A stretch of DNA of 64,000 nucleotides from assembly GCF_965641715.1 (NCBI RefSeq), contig NZ_OZ282453.1. The stretch is one strand, 5' to 3'. This DNA comes from Escherichia coli (GTDB lineage Bacteria > Pseudomonadota > Gammaproteobacteria > Enterobacterales > Enterobacteriaceae). Positions 1 through 11,160 of this stretch are shown here, in pieces. A program made the translations under genes and the position numbers. Position 1 is the stretch's first letter, and each line of letters opens with the position of its first letter. The notes below the pieces were generated by a model. The model saw only the letters and a list, made by a program, of their open reading frames with translations, did no database searches and had not been told where the DNA came from.

Positions 1-54
1 TATTGCCCGTTGCAGTCAGAATGAAAAGCTGAAAAATACTTACTAAGGCGTTTT

Positions 55-741
55 TTATTTGGTGATATTTTTTTCAATATCATGCAGCAAACGGTGCAAC
101 ATTGCCGTGTCTCGTTGCTCTAAAAGCCCCAGGCGTTGTTGTAACCAGTCGACCAGTTTTATGTCATCTGCCACTGCCAGAGTCGTCAGCAATGCCATGG
201 CTCGTTCGCGTAAAGCTTGCAGTTGATGTTGGTCTGCCGTTGTGTCACTTTTCGTCGGTTGTTGTATTAATGTTGCTAATTGATAGCAATAGACCATCAC
301 CGCCTGCCCCAGATTGAGCGAAGGATAATCCGCCACCATCGGCACACCAGTAAGAACGTCAGCCAACGCTAACTCTTCGTTAGTCAGCCCGGAATCTTCG
401 CGACCAAACACCAGCGCGGCATGGCTCATCCATGAAGATTTTTCCTCTAACAGCGGCACCAGTTCTACTGGCGTGGCGTAGTAATGATATTTCGCCCGAC
501 TGCGCGCAGTGGTGGCGACAGTGAAATCGACATCGTGTAACGATTCAGCCAGCGTCGGGAAAACTTTAATATTATCAATAATATCACCAGATCCATGTGC
601 GACCCAGCGAGTGGCTGGCTCCAGATGTGCCTGACTATCGACAATCCGCAGTTCGCTAAACCCCATCGTTTTCATTGCCCGCGCCGCTGCCCCAATATTT
701 TCTGCTCTGGCGGGTGCGACCAGAATAATCGTTATACGCAT
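55..741 (-). CDS. lasT: SpoU-family tRNA/rRNA 2'-O-methyltransferase (LasT/YjtD-like); start likely at internal Met MRITIIL
   Basis: ORF 55..762 translation MRITIILVAPARAENIGAAARAMKTMGF... has SpoU-like N-terminus; position next to arcA/yjjY as in K-12. Confidence 0.8.
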   Translation of the reverse strand: MRITIILVAPARAENIGAAARAMKTMGFSELRIVDSQAHLEPATRWVAHGSGDIIDNIKVFPTLAESLHDVDFTVATTARSRAKYHYYATPVELVPLLEEKSSWMSHAALVFGREDSGLTNEELALADVLTGVPMVADYPSLNLGQAVMVYCYQLATLIQQPTKSDTTADQHQLQALRERAMALLTTLAVADDIKLVDWLQQRLGLLEQRDTAMLHRLLHDIEKNITK

Positions 742-1140
742 ATTGCCACTCTTCTTGACCAAATGACCGCGAACAGGGTGATCACTGTCAACTTATTACG
801 CGGTGCGAATTTACAAACTCTTAACGTAAGTCGCAGAAAAAGCCCTTTACTTAGCTTAAAAAAGGCTAAACTATTTCCTGACTGTACTAACGGTTGAATT
901 GTTAAAAAATGCTACATATCCTTCTGTTTACTTAGGATAATTTTATAAAAAATAAATCTCGACAATTGGATTCACCACGTTTATTAGTTGTATGATGCAA
1001 CTAGTTGGATTATTAAAATAATGTGACGAAAGCTAGCATTTAGATACGATGATTTCATCAAACTGTTAACGTGCTACAATTGAACTTGATATATGTCAAC
1101 GAAGCGTAGTTTTATTGGGTGTCCGGCCCCTCTTAGCCTG

Positions 1141-1281
1141 TTATGTTGCTGTTAAAATGGTTAGGATGACAGCCGTTTTTGACACTGTCGGGTCCTGAGG
1201 GAAAGTACCCACGACCAAGCTAATGATGTTGTTGACGTTGATGGAAAGTGCATCAAGAACGCAATTACGTACTTTAGTCAT
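1141..1281 (-). CDS. yjjY: small protein YjjY (46 aa)
   Basis: manual minus-strand translation MTKVRNCVLDALSINVNNIISLVVGTFPQDPTVSKTAVILTILTAT matches recalled YjjY; below the ORF-track length cut-off. Confidence 0.55.
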   Translation of the reverse strand: MTKVRNCVLDALSINVNNIISLVVGTFPQDPTVSKTAVILTILTAT

Positions 1282-1376
1282 GTTACGCCGATCATGTTAA
1301 TTTGCAGCATGCATCAGGCAGGTCAGGGACTTTTGTACTTCCTGTTTCGATTTAGTTGGCAATTTAGGTAGCAAAC

Positions 1377-2093
1377 ATGCAGACCCCGCACATTCTTATC
1401 GTTGAAGACGAGTTGGTAACACGCAACACGTTGAAAAGTATTTTCGAAGCGGAAGGCTATGATGTTTTCGAAGCGACAGATGGCGCGGAAATGCATCAGA
1501 TCCTCTCTGAATATGACATCAACCTGGTGATCATGGATATCAATCTGCCGGGTAAGAACGGTCTTCTGTTAGCGCGTGAACTGCGCGAGCAGGCGAATGT
1601 TGCGTTGATGTTCCTGACTGGCCGTGACAACGAAGTCGATAAAATTCTCGGCCTCGAAATCGGTGCAGATGACTACATCACCAAACCGTTCAACCCGCGT
1701 GAACTGACGATTCGTGCACGCAACCTGCTGTCCCGTACCATGAATCTGGGTACTGTCAGCGAAGAACGTCGTAGCGTTGAAAGCTACAAGTTCAATGGTT
1801 GGGAACTGGACATCAACAGCCGTTCTTTGATCGGCCCTGATGGCGAGCAGTACAAGCTGCCGCGCAGTGAGTTCCGCGCCATGCTTCACTTCTGTGAAAA
1901 CCCAGGCAAAATTCAGTCCCGTGCTGAACTGCTGAAGAAAATGACCGGCCGTGAGCTGAAACCGCACGACCGTACTGTAGACGTGACGATCCGCCGTATT
2001 CGTAAACATTTCGAATCTACGCCGGATACGCCGGAAATCATCGCCACCATTCACGGTGAAGGTTATCGCTTCTGCGGTGATCTGGAAGATTAA
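1377..2093 (+). CDS. arcA: aerobic respiration control response regulator ArcA
   Basis: 238 aa, [33 protein letters not shown]..., OmpR-family receiver plus winged-helix. Confidence 0.95.
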
Positions 2094-2110
2094 TCGGCTT
2101 TAACACCGTC

Positions 2111-2147
2111 AAAAAAAACGGCGCTTTTTAGCGCCGTTTTTATTTTT
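2111..2147. terminator. bidirectional rho-independent terminator between convergent arcA and creD
   Basis: A-run, GC stem aacggcgc/gcgccgtt with 6-nt loop, then T-run. Confidence 0.6.
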
Positions 2148-2152
2148 CAACC

Positions 2153-3505
2153 TTATTTCCAGATACGTAATTCATCGTCCGTTGTAACGTCTTTACTGGC
2201 TTTCATTTTCGGCAGTGAAAACGCATACCAGTCGATATTACGGGTCACAAACATCATGCCGGCCAGCGCCACCACCAGCACACTGGTTCCCAACAACAGC
2301 GCGCTATCGGCAGAGTTGAGCAGTCCCCACATCACACCATCCAGCAACAACAGCGCGAGGGTAAACAACATGCTGTTGCGCCAGCCTTTCAATACCGCCT
2401 GCAAATAAATACCGTTCATTAACGCCCCAATCAGACTGGCGATTATCCATGCCACGGTAAAACCGGTATGTTCAGAAAGCGCCAGCAAGAGCAAATAAAA
2501 CATCACCAATGAAAGCCCCACCAGCAAATATTGCATTGGGTGTAAACGTTGCTCGGTGAGCGTTTCAAAAACAAAGAACGCCATAAAAGTCAGCGCAATC
2601 AGCAGAATGGCATACTTAGTCGCCCGGTCAGTTAATTGGTATTGATCGGCTGGCGTCGTCACTGCGACGCTAAACGCGGGGAAGTTTTCCCAGCCGGTAT
2701 CATTGCCTGAAGCAAAACGCTCACCGAGATTATTAGCAAACCAGCTGCTTTGCCATTGCGCCTGAAAACCTGACTCGCTAACTTCCCGTTTGGCTGGCAA
2801 AAAATCACCTAAAAAACTGGGATGCGGCCAGTTGCTGGTTAAGGTCATTTCGCTATTACGCCCGGTAGGCACCACAGAAAGATCGCCGGTACCGCTTAAA
2901 TTCAATGCCATATTCAGCTTCAGGTTCTGCTTCCGCCAGTCCCCTTCGGGTAAAGGGATATGCACGCCCTGCCCGCCTTGCTCTAACCCGGTGCCGGGTT
3001 CAATCGTCAGCGCCATTCCGTTAACTTCAGGCGCTTTCACCACACCAATACCACGCGCATCCCCGACGCTAACCACAATAAATGGCTTGCCTAAGGTGAT
3101 ATTTGGCGCGTTGAGCTCGCCAAGACGCGAAACATCGAAATCGGCTTTTAGCGTTAAATCACTGTGCCAGACCTGACCGGTATAAATCCCTATCTTGCGT
3201 TCTTCCACGTTCTGATTGCCATCAACCATCAATGACTCAGGTAACCAAAAATGGATAAAACTTCGTTTCCGCTCCACGGTTTTATCCTCTTCCTGTACCG
3301 TATAAAGCTCGGTCACAGGAATAGCGATAAGCGGCCCAACGAGTTTTTGCGGCCCGCTGGTACTTTGGCGAATCGCATCTTCCACATCGCTACGGTAATC
3401 GGCACGTTCGACAATCACCTGCCGAATCAGCATTATCGGAATCAACAACAGCAATACTGCACCAAACAGGGTGGTCATTTTCCAGAACAGGGGGGATTTC
3501 AACAT
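2153..3505 (-). CDS. creD: inner membrane protein CreD
   Basis: 450 aa, multiple hydrophobic segments, position after creC. Confidence 0.9.
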   Translation of the reverse strand: MLKSPLFWKMTTLFGAVLLLLIPIMLIRQVIVERADYRSDVEDAIRQSTSGPQKLVGPLIAIPVTELYTVQEEDKTVERKRSFIHFWLPESLMVDGNQNVEERKIGIYTGQVWHSDLTLKADFDVSRLGELNAPNITLGKPFIVVSVGDARGIGVVKAPEVNGMALTIEPGTGLEQGGQGVHIPLPEGDWRKQNLKLNMALNLSGTGDLSVVPTGRNSEMTLTSNWPHPSFLGDFLPAKREVSESGFQAQWQSSWFANNLGERFASGNDTGWENFPAFSVAVTTPADQYQLTDRATKYAILLIALTFMAFFVFETLTEQRLHPMQYLLVGLSLVMFYLLLLALSEHTGFTVAWIIASLIGALMNGIYLQAVLKGWRNSMLFTLALLLLDGVMWGLLNSADSALLLGTSVLVVALAGMMFVTRNIDWYAFSLPKMKASKDVTTDDELRIWK

Positions 3506-3562
3506 AGTCTTCTCCTTTGCAATGGCAGCAGGATACGAAGGCTATGTGGGAAGAATTTGAAG

Positions 3563-4987
3563 CTATGTGAAGTGACGGTGAAGTCGAAGCGAGGCCAGCA
3601 CGCCACCTTCCTGCACGTTGCGCAGCGTGACTTCGCCGTTAAACAAACGGGCGACCTCACTGACGAACGCCAACCCCAGACCGCTGCTTTTTTGCCCATT
3701 TGCACGCGGCAAAGAGTAAAAGCGTTCAAAAATACGTGACAGCGCGTAGTCAGGAATACCACTACCGGTATCCAGCACCTTAAGCGTGACGTGTTCATGA
3801 TCCACTTCGGCGCTTAGCGTTATGCGACCGCTCTCAGGGGTAAAATCGATGGCGTTATCCAGTAAATTCCCCAGCGCCTGCTCCAGTAACGCCGGTTCAG
3901 CAGCAACGTTAACCTCAGTAGGCATAACATGCAAAGTGATGTTTTTTTCTGCCAACTGCACGGTGCGCGCTTCGCTGACGCGGCGAAATAATGCCGCCAC
4001 ATCAACAGCAGTCAGAACGACTTCCTGACGATTCTCCAGTCTTGCCTGGCGTAGTAACGTTTCTACCAATGCCTGCATACGCGCATTTTGCGTCAGAATG
4101 TTGTCGGTAAAACGAGCCACCACTTCCGGTGGCGGACCTTCGCGTAAAATTTCCGCCGCGCCACGAATCGCCGCCAGTGGGCTTTTTAGCTCATGGGTTA
4201 ACGCATAAACATACTGCTCAATATAGTTTTTCCCTTCCAGCTTCACGCGCATACTTTCCAGCGCCTGCGCAAGCTTACGCAACTCGCTACTGCCGAGTTC
4301 AGGAAGAGGAACGGGCTTATTGTCAGTGACGGAATCAGCATAGCGAGTGAGCCGGGCAATGGAGCGGTTGATCCACCAAACCATGCCTGCGCCAATCACC
4401 AGTGCAATCCCCAGCAAAATGGCGCTGGCCCATAAAATTCGCCGCTCGCTGCGCTTAATGACCGGAGCCATCGCCGCGTTCGGTTTGCCTACGCTCAAAA
4501 CGCCAATAAGCCGCGAGCCGTCCATAATCGGCGCGGCAACATACATCACTGAACTTTCGGGATCGGCAGGATTTTGCAACGTGCTGCGCGCACCATACTG
4601 ACCACGCAACGTTAGCCAGACGTCATTCCAGCGCGAATAATCCTGCCCAACGGCTTTATTTGCCGAATCGAACAATACTTTGCCCTGCGCATCGGTCATA
4701 TAGACATGATATTCATTGCGCACTTTGTTAATGCCACCGATATTGGCGCGAAACGGGCGATGTTGTAGCTGATTAAACGCCTGCGCCAGTTGCCCATGCG
4801 TTGGGTCCCCAGAGAGCAAATTGGGACGCGCCAGCTCCGCCAGCAACGTTGCGGTGTCGATCAGCGTCCCCTCCGTTGCTCTTCGCACGCCCGGTTTAAC
4901 TTCTTTGACAAAAATAGCCAGTACGAACCAGGCCGCCACCGCCACCAGTAAAAAATAGCCCAGCAACAACCGCATGCCGATACGCAT
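3563..4987 (-). CDS. creC: sensor histidine kinase CreC
   Basis: 474 aa; H-box LTHELKSPLAAIRGAAEIL and ATPase motifs; overlaps creB stop. Confidence 0.9.
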   Translation of the reverse strand: MRIGMRLLLGYFLLVAVAAWFVLAIFVKEVKPGVRRATEGTLIDTATLLAELARPNLLSGDPTHGQLAQAFNQLQHRPFRANIGGINKVRNEYHVYMTDAQGKVLFDSANKAVGQDYSRWNDVWLTLRGQYGARSTLQNPADPESSVMYVAAPIMDGSRLIGVLSVGKPNAAMAPVIKRSERRILWASAILLGIALVIGAGMVWWINRSIARLTRYADSVTDNKPVPLPELGSSELRKLAQALESMRVKLEGKNYIEQYVYALTHELKSPLAAIRGAAEILREGPPPEVVARFTDNILTQNARMQALVETLLRQARLENRQEVVLTAVDVAALFRRVSEARTVQLAEKNITLHVMPTEVNVAAEPALLEQALGNLLDNAIDFTPESGRITLSAEVDHEHVTLKVLDTGSGIPDYALSRIFERFYSLPRANGQKSSGLGLAFVSEVARLFNGEVTLRNVQEGGVLASLRLHRHFT

Positions 4988-5676
4988 TACAGGCCCCTCA
5001 GGCTATATCCCATGCCGCGATGAGTATTAATCGGTGAAAGATCGGGGTTGATGGCGCGCAGCTTGGCACGCAACGTTTTAATGTGGGTATCGACGGTGCG
5101 ATCGTAGGTGTCCTGCGCATCTTCCCATACGCTATCCATTAGTTGCTGGCGGGACCAGACGCGGCCTGGCGACTTGAGTAACGTCTTCAGCAATAAAAAC
5201 TCATACCGCGTCAGCGTTAATGGCGTGTCAAACCAGCTGATCTGCGCCGCGGGTTCATTCAATTCAAAATGTCCAATACGGATGACGGGAGACGGCGACG
5301 AGAACTTCTTCACCCGACGGAGTAAGGTGCGCACCCTGGCGCACACTTCGCGGGGTGAAAACGGTTTAGCTACATAGTCGTCAGCGCCAATTTCCAGCCC
5401 AAGCAGGCGATCGACCTCTTCACTTCGGGCCGTCAGGAACAGTACAGGTAACGCCGGATGGAGCGCCAGTAACTGGCGGCACAATTCAAAGCCGCTGATA
5501 TCAGGCAAACCAACATCGAGAATCATGACGTCGGGAACCTGCTGGCGAGCTTTATCCAGCACCGGCAAGCCTCGCTCAAAGACCTCGACGGCAAAACCTT
5601 CCTGCTGCAACATGTAGACCAGCGTGTCGGCTATCCCTTGCTCATCTTCCACTAACCAGACCGTTTCCCGTTGCAT
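4987..5676 (-). CDS. creB: response regulator CreB
   Basis: 229 aa OmpR-family regulator, MQRETVWLVEDEQGIADTLVYML... Confidence 0.9.
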   Translation of the reverse strand: MQRETVWLVEDEQGIADTLVYMLQQEGFAVEVFERGLPVLDKARQQVPDVMILDVGLPDISGFELCRQLLALHPALPVLFLTARSEEVDRLLGLEIGADDYVAKPFSPREVCARVRTLLRRVKKFSSPSPVIRIGHFELNEPAAQISWFDTPLTLTRYEFLLLKTLLKSPGRVWSRQQLMDSVWEDAQDTYDRTVDTHIKTLRAKLRAINPDLSPINTHRGMGYSLRGL

Positions 5677-5688
5677 AAATCGCCTCTG

Positions 5689-6162
5689 TTATTGCCGCCA
5701 CGGCATGACAGGAACCGCGCTAATCGCGTTTTTCGGCGAACCTTCTACAACTTTGTCGGAGTAAGCCAGATAAGCGAGCGCGTTGCGTTTGGCGTCATAA
5801 AAGCGCACGACCTGTAACGACTTAAAGACCAGGGACGTGCGTTTTTTGAATACTACCTCGCCCTGAGCTTTGCCGTTTTTAATACGATCCGACAGTTCAA
5901 TCGGCCCGACTTGCTGACAAGAAATAGCCGCATCGGAGGTATCTTCCGCCAGGCCCAATCCCCCTTTAATACCCCCGGTTTTCGCCCGGCTCACATAACA
6001 GGTGACATTTTTCACATCGGGATCGTCAAAGGCTTCCACAACAATTTTGTGATCTGGGCCGATCATTTTAAATACGGTGTCGACCGAACCAATCTCTTCT
6101 GCATGAGCCAATGGCCCCAGCATTATCAGGCTTAAAGACAGGATCAAATGCTTGTATTTCAT
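5689..6162 (-). CDS. creA: periplasmic protein CreA
   Basis: 157 aa with signal peptide [21 protein letters not shown]; first gene of cre operon. Confidence 0.85.
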
Positions 6163-6372
6163 ATTGTTACCATTTTTATCTATTACACGAGCAATTAGTT
6201 CGTCACGGTAAATAACATATTGATTAAGAACAAAATCTCAATACTTTTATTTCCGTCAAGACCTAAAACATACTCTACTAAGAAAAAAACACTGAATGCT
6301 AAAACAGCAAAAAATGCTATTATCCAATTACCTGATGTCAGGTGCTCGTTGTTGAAAGGATGAGGATATTTT

Positions 6373-7242
6373 ATGGATCAGGCCGGCATTATTCGCGACC
6401 TTTTAATCTGGCTGGAAGGTCATCTGGATCAGCCCCTGTCGCTCGACAATGTAGCGGCGAAAGCAGGTTATTCCAAGTGGCACTTACAGAGAATGTTTAA
6501 AGATGTCACTGGCCATGCTATTGGCGCGTATATTCGTGCTCGTCGTTTGTCGAAATCGGCGGTCGCACTACGCCTGACTGCGCGTCCGATTCTGGACATC
6601 GCGCTGCAATACCGCTTCGACTCTCAACAGACATTTACCCGCGCATTCAAGAAGCAGTTTGCCCAGACTCCTGCACTTTACCGCCGTTCTCCTGAATGGA
6701 GCGCCTTTGGTATTCGCCCGCCGCTGCGTCTGGGTGAATTCACTATGCCAGAGCATAAATTTGTCACCCTGGAAGATACGCCGCTGATTGGTGTTACCCA
6801 GAGCTACTCCTGTTCGCTGGAGCAAATCTCTGATTTCCGCCATGAAATGCGTTATCAGTTCTGGCACGATTTTCTCGGCAACGCGCCGACCATTCCGCCA
6901 GTGCTCTACGGCCTGAATGAAACGCGTCCGAGTCAGGATAAAGACGACGAACAAGAGGTATTCTATACCACCGCGTTAGCCCAGGATCAGGCAGATGGCT
7001 ATGTACTGACGGGGCATCCGGTGATGCTGCAGGGCGGCGAATATGTGATGTTTACCTATGAAGGTCTGGGAACCGGCGTGCAGGAGTTTATCCTGACGGT
7101 ATACGGAACGTGCATGCCAATGCTCAACCTGACGCGCCGTAAAGGTCAGGATATTGAGCGATACTACCCGGCAGAAGATGCCAAAGCGGGAGATCGCCCA
7201 ATTAATCTGCGCTGTGAACTGCTGATTCCGATCCGTCGTTAA
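6373..7242 (+). CDS. rob: AraC/XylS-family regulator Rob (right origin-binding protein)
   Basis: 289 aa, N-terminal AraC-type HTH (KWHLQRMFKDVTGHAIGAYIRARRL). Confidence 0.9.
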   Translation: MDQAGIIRDLLIWLEGHLDQPLSLDNVAAKAGYSKWHLQRMFKDVTGHAIGAYIRARRLSKSAVALRLTARPILDIALQYRFDSQQTFTRAFKKQFAQTPALYRRSPEWSAFGIRPPLRLGEFTMPEHKFVTLEDTPLIGVTQSYSCSLEQISDFRHEMRYQFWHDFLGNAPTIPPVLYGLNETRPSQDKDDEQEVFYTTALAQDQADGYVLTGHPVMLQGGEYVMFTYEGLGTGVQEFILTVYGTCMPMLNLTRRKGQDIERYYPAEDAKAGDRPINLRCELLIPIRR

Positions 7243-7886
7243 CGCTGCAGCTCATCTAATGCAGGGGCGTCCAGATGCGAGATGTCCCCTGCGGTTTCAA
7301 CGACCCAGCCAGACGCCAGCCACAGGCTTTCCTGATAATCCACGCGCGAAATAGAACAGTTACGCAGACGTAAGCGGCGCTCTGCCCATGCTGGTAATCC
7401 GAGAATCGTACTCACCAGGCATCCCAGTGCAATACCATGACTCACCAGCAGCGGTCGGCTTCCCTGCGGTAAGTCCCGGCAAGATTCCAGTGCCGCATTG
7501 ACGCGATCGCTGAGCTCCTGCATTGACTCGCCTTCAGGAATACGCCCGTCAACGGTGCCATTGACCAGCTGCCGACGCCAGTTCTCTTCTTCTTCGGTCA
7601 GAGAATCGATATGTCTTTTTTCCAGCACACCCATGTTTAATTCACGCAGGCGAGAATCAAAGATGATGTCACAGCCGCAGGCCTGGGCGATGATTTCCGC
7701 CGTACGCCGGGTGCGTCCTAAATCGCTACTGATGATATGCGTAATGCCAAGCTCTTTGGCACGCGTCGCCACCTGCATCGCCTGTTGCTCACCTTTGGCG
7801 GTCAGCGGGCTGTCAGACTGGCCCTGAATACGTCGCTCGGCGTTCCACTGCGTTTCACCGTGGCGGACTAGGTATACCTGTAACAT
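7239..7886 (-). CDS. gpmB: phosphoglycerate mutase-family phosphatase GpmB
   Basis: 215 aa, MLQVYLVRHGETQWNAERRIQGQSDSPL (RHG histidine phosphatase motif). Confidence 0.85.
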   Translation of the reverse strand: MLQVYLVRHGETQWNAERRIQGQSDSPLTAKGEQQAMQVATRAKELGITHIISSDLGRTRRTAEIIAQACGCDIIFDSRLRELNMGVLEKRHIDSLTEEEENWRRQLVNGTVDGRIPEGESMQELSDRVNAALESCRDLPQGSRPLLVSHGIALGCLVSTILGLPAWAERRLRLRNCSISRVDYQESLWLASGWVVETAGDISHLDAPALDELQR

Positions 7887-7925
7887 GCTTTTTTTCCGTA
7901 TACTGCTGTAACGTTAATTTTCTGA

Positions 7926-8450
<525 letters not shown>

Positions 8451-8454
8451 GCGC

Positions 8455-8596
8455 CTGATGCGACGCTGCCGCGTCTTATCATGCCTACCAAACATATTGA
8501 AATTACGGGTATTTGTAGGACGGATAAGGCGTTCACGCCGCATCCGGCATTCGGTGCACGATGCCTGATGCGCCACGTCTTATCAGGCCTACAAAA
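8455..8596. repeat. REP/BIME palindromic repeats in the yjjX-trpR intergenic region
   Basis: imperfect palindromes gcctgatgcgacgctg...cgtcttatcaggcctac and gccggatgcggcgtgaacgccttatcc. Confidence 0.6.
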
Positions 8597-8938
<342 letters not shown>

Positions 8939-9012
8939 TTAGCGGGGGAAGCAAAATGCCTCCCCCGGTTGTACTCGCTAAAGAGTACGATAGCATATCA
9001 TAAACGTGCGGA

Positions 9013-10950
9013 TCAGTAACGACGTCCCCATTCCGTGGCGCTCATCAACGTCGGTTTATCCCCCATGAAATAGCGGTAGTAAGCGTCATAAGCCAGCACG
9101 TTCTTCACATAACCGCGCGTCTCGGAGAACGGAATACTCTCGACAAATGCCACAGCGTCGATACGCCCGGCGCTGTTGCCAAGCCAGGTTCGCACCCGTC
9201 CAGGTCCGGCGTTATAAGCTGCTGAGGAGAAAATACGGTTATTACCAAATTGCTGATAAACATATTGCAGGTAACTGGTGCCAATGTTGATATTCGTTTC
9301 CGGATCCAGCAATTGCCCAGGGCTGCTATAACCAGGAATAGAGAACATCTTCACCGTATGGGTCGCCGTGCCCGGCATAATCTGCATCAGGCCGCTGGCC
9401 CCTACCGGTGATTTCACTTTCGGATTCCAGGCGCTCTCCTGACGGGCAATCGCCATCGCATAGCTTTGCGGGATCTCCTTCCCACTGGTGTAACGTTTGA
9501 AAAGATCGTTGTAAGCCAGCGGGAATCGCTCTTCCAGATGATCCCAAAGCTTCCCGGCGATCGTTGCCTGAACGCTAAGATCCCACCATTGGTTGTTGAA
9601 AGCATACCGCGCCAGTTGAGCCTGCTCTGTTTTTGACTTGCTCTTCACCAGATTGGCCCACTCGCTACGCGCGGTGTTATCGAGATTCCAGTACATCAAC
9701 TCGCGCACGCGCGCCATCTCCGGCCCCTGAGTCAGGGCGCTGTCAACATTCTGCGGCGCTTTATCAATCTTCAGCTCATACTCTTCGCCGATGCGTTGTG
9801 CAGCAACCATCGGGTAGAAACCACGCTGTTGCATGAGTTGATGCAAAATCTCTTTTGCTTCAGCTTCACGTCCGCGTTCCAGCAATAAATCCGCCTGCCA
9901 GTAACGCCATTCATCTTTCTCTTTCGCCTCCATCGGCAAACGCGCCAGCCAGGTATTCAGGCCACGACGATCGCCGGTGCCAAGCGCCATTCGTACACGG
10001 CGTTCAATAAGCGAAGTAGATTGCGAGCGCATAATGGCGTCATCGCGCCATTTCGCCTGCTCGTCGGTGACATCGTTGCCCATCAAACGCCAGGCGACGA
10101 TATCGCGCAGCTCCTGAATCTGATCTTCATTAAGCTGCTGCGCCTGGGCAAGCGATGGGATCATCAGCCGTGCATTCTCAGCATCCTGCCGCGCCACACT
10201 GGCAAACGCCACCGCCGCCATTTGACGGGTAAAATCGGTCGCTCCGGTTGTACGCGCGAAGGTCAGTACCGTATTAGGGTTGTTCGCCAGTGAAATGATT
10301 GCCGAGGCGATAGTCTGGTAATCGGCAGGCATCTGCCCTGCCAGCACTGTTACCAGGCCTGTGTTACCCGCTTTCATCGCCAGACGGATACGCTCTAAAT
10401 ACGCCAGCGGATCTTGTTTACCTGACGCACGCCAGACGCTAAATAACTTGTCACAGGCGTTAGGCTGGCTCTTGCCGGTTAGCCACAGCTCTTTCGCCCC
10501 TTGCCAGGCTTCTTCACTCTGCCCGGTGTTCCATTTCGCATAGTAGTAATTACATTGCGCTTCGGTAGTTCCGGGCTTTTCCGGGCTAAAGGCTAACAAG
10601 CCACGCCAGTCTTCACGCCGCGCCAGTTCATTGACGAAACGAGATTGCAGCGTGCGAGCGGGAGGAAGCGTGGGGTTAGCGCGAACAAAGTTAGTGACCG
10701 TCACCGCCGGTTGATTCATCAGATCATCGGTGATCTGGCGGTATTCCAGGTAGGGATAAAGCGGATAATCCTTCAGTCCAGGCATCATTTGTTCGACCAC
10801 ATCCATTTGTCGATTATCCCAGGCCTGCTTGATTTGCGCGTAACGACTACGCTGCTCATCCAGTGAGTCGGCTCGCGCCACGCTGCTGACCGTCAGCAGA
10901 CAGACACCGGCAGCCAACAGCCGCCAGGTAACTTGTTTGGCTTTTTCCAC
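9013..10950 (-). CDS. slt: soluble lytic murein transglycosylase Slt70 (ORF-track start 10980; recalled Slt start MEKAKQ reads VEKAKQ here, so the true start is uncertain)
   Basis: signal peptide, superhelical repeat domain, C-terminal lysozyme-like domain with E-S motif (ARQESAWNP). Confidence 0.9.
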   Translation of the reverse strand: MEKAKQVTWRLLAAGVCLLTVSSVARADSLDEQRSRYAQIKQAWDNRQMDVVEQMMPGLKDYPLYPYLEYRQITDDLMNQPAVTVTNFVRANPTLPPARTLQSRFVNELARREDWRGLLAFSPEKPGTTEAQCNYYYAKWNTGQSEEAWQGAKELWLTGKSQPNACDKLFSVWRASGKQDPLAYLERIRLAMKAGNTGLVTVLAGQMPADYQTIASAIISLANNPNTVLTFARTTGATDFTRQMAAVAFASVARQDAENARLMIPSLAQAQQLNEDQIQELRDIVAWRLMGNDVTDEQAKWRDDAIMRSQSTSLIERRVRMALGTGDRRGLNTWLARLPMEAKEKDEWRYWQADLLLERGREAEAKEILHQLMQQRGFYPMVAAQRIGEEYELKIDKAPQNVDSALTQGPEMARVRELMYWNLDNTARSEWANLVKSKSKTEQAQLARYAFNNQWWDLSVQATIAGKLWDHLEERFPLAYNDLFKRYTSGKEIPQSYAMAIARQESAWNPKVKSPVGASGLMQIMPGTATHTVKMFSIPGYSSPGQLLDPETNINIGTSYLQYVYQQFGNNRIFSSAAYNAGPGRVRTWLGNSAGRIDAVAFVESIPFSETRGYVKNVLAYDAYYRYFMGDKPTLMSATEWGRRY

Positions 10951-11160
10951 AAGCGCATCCTCTAAGTGTAAATACATCAATGCAGCGTCATGCCGCGTAA
11001 TAGATTTATGCTAACCAGTCATTGCCGTTTACGCCACGTTACGGACACTTTTTTACTTTTACTGCGAGGGTGATCGACCGGCTGGGATTAGGCGGGGAAA
11101 AAGGCTACACTTCGCCTTTGAAAACTCATCATCACGATAAACATAGAGGCGAAGTCCAAC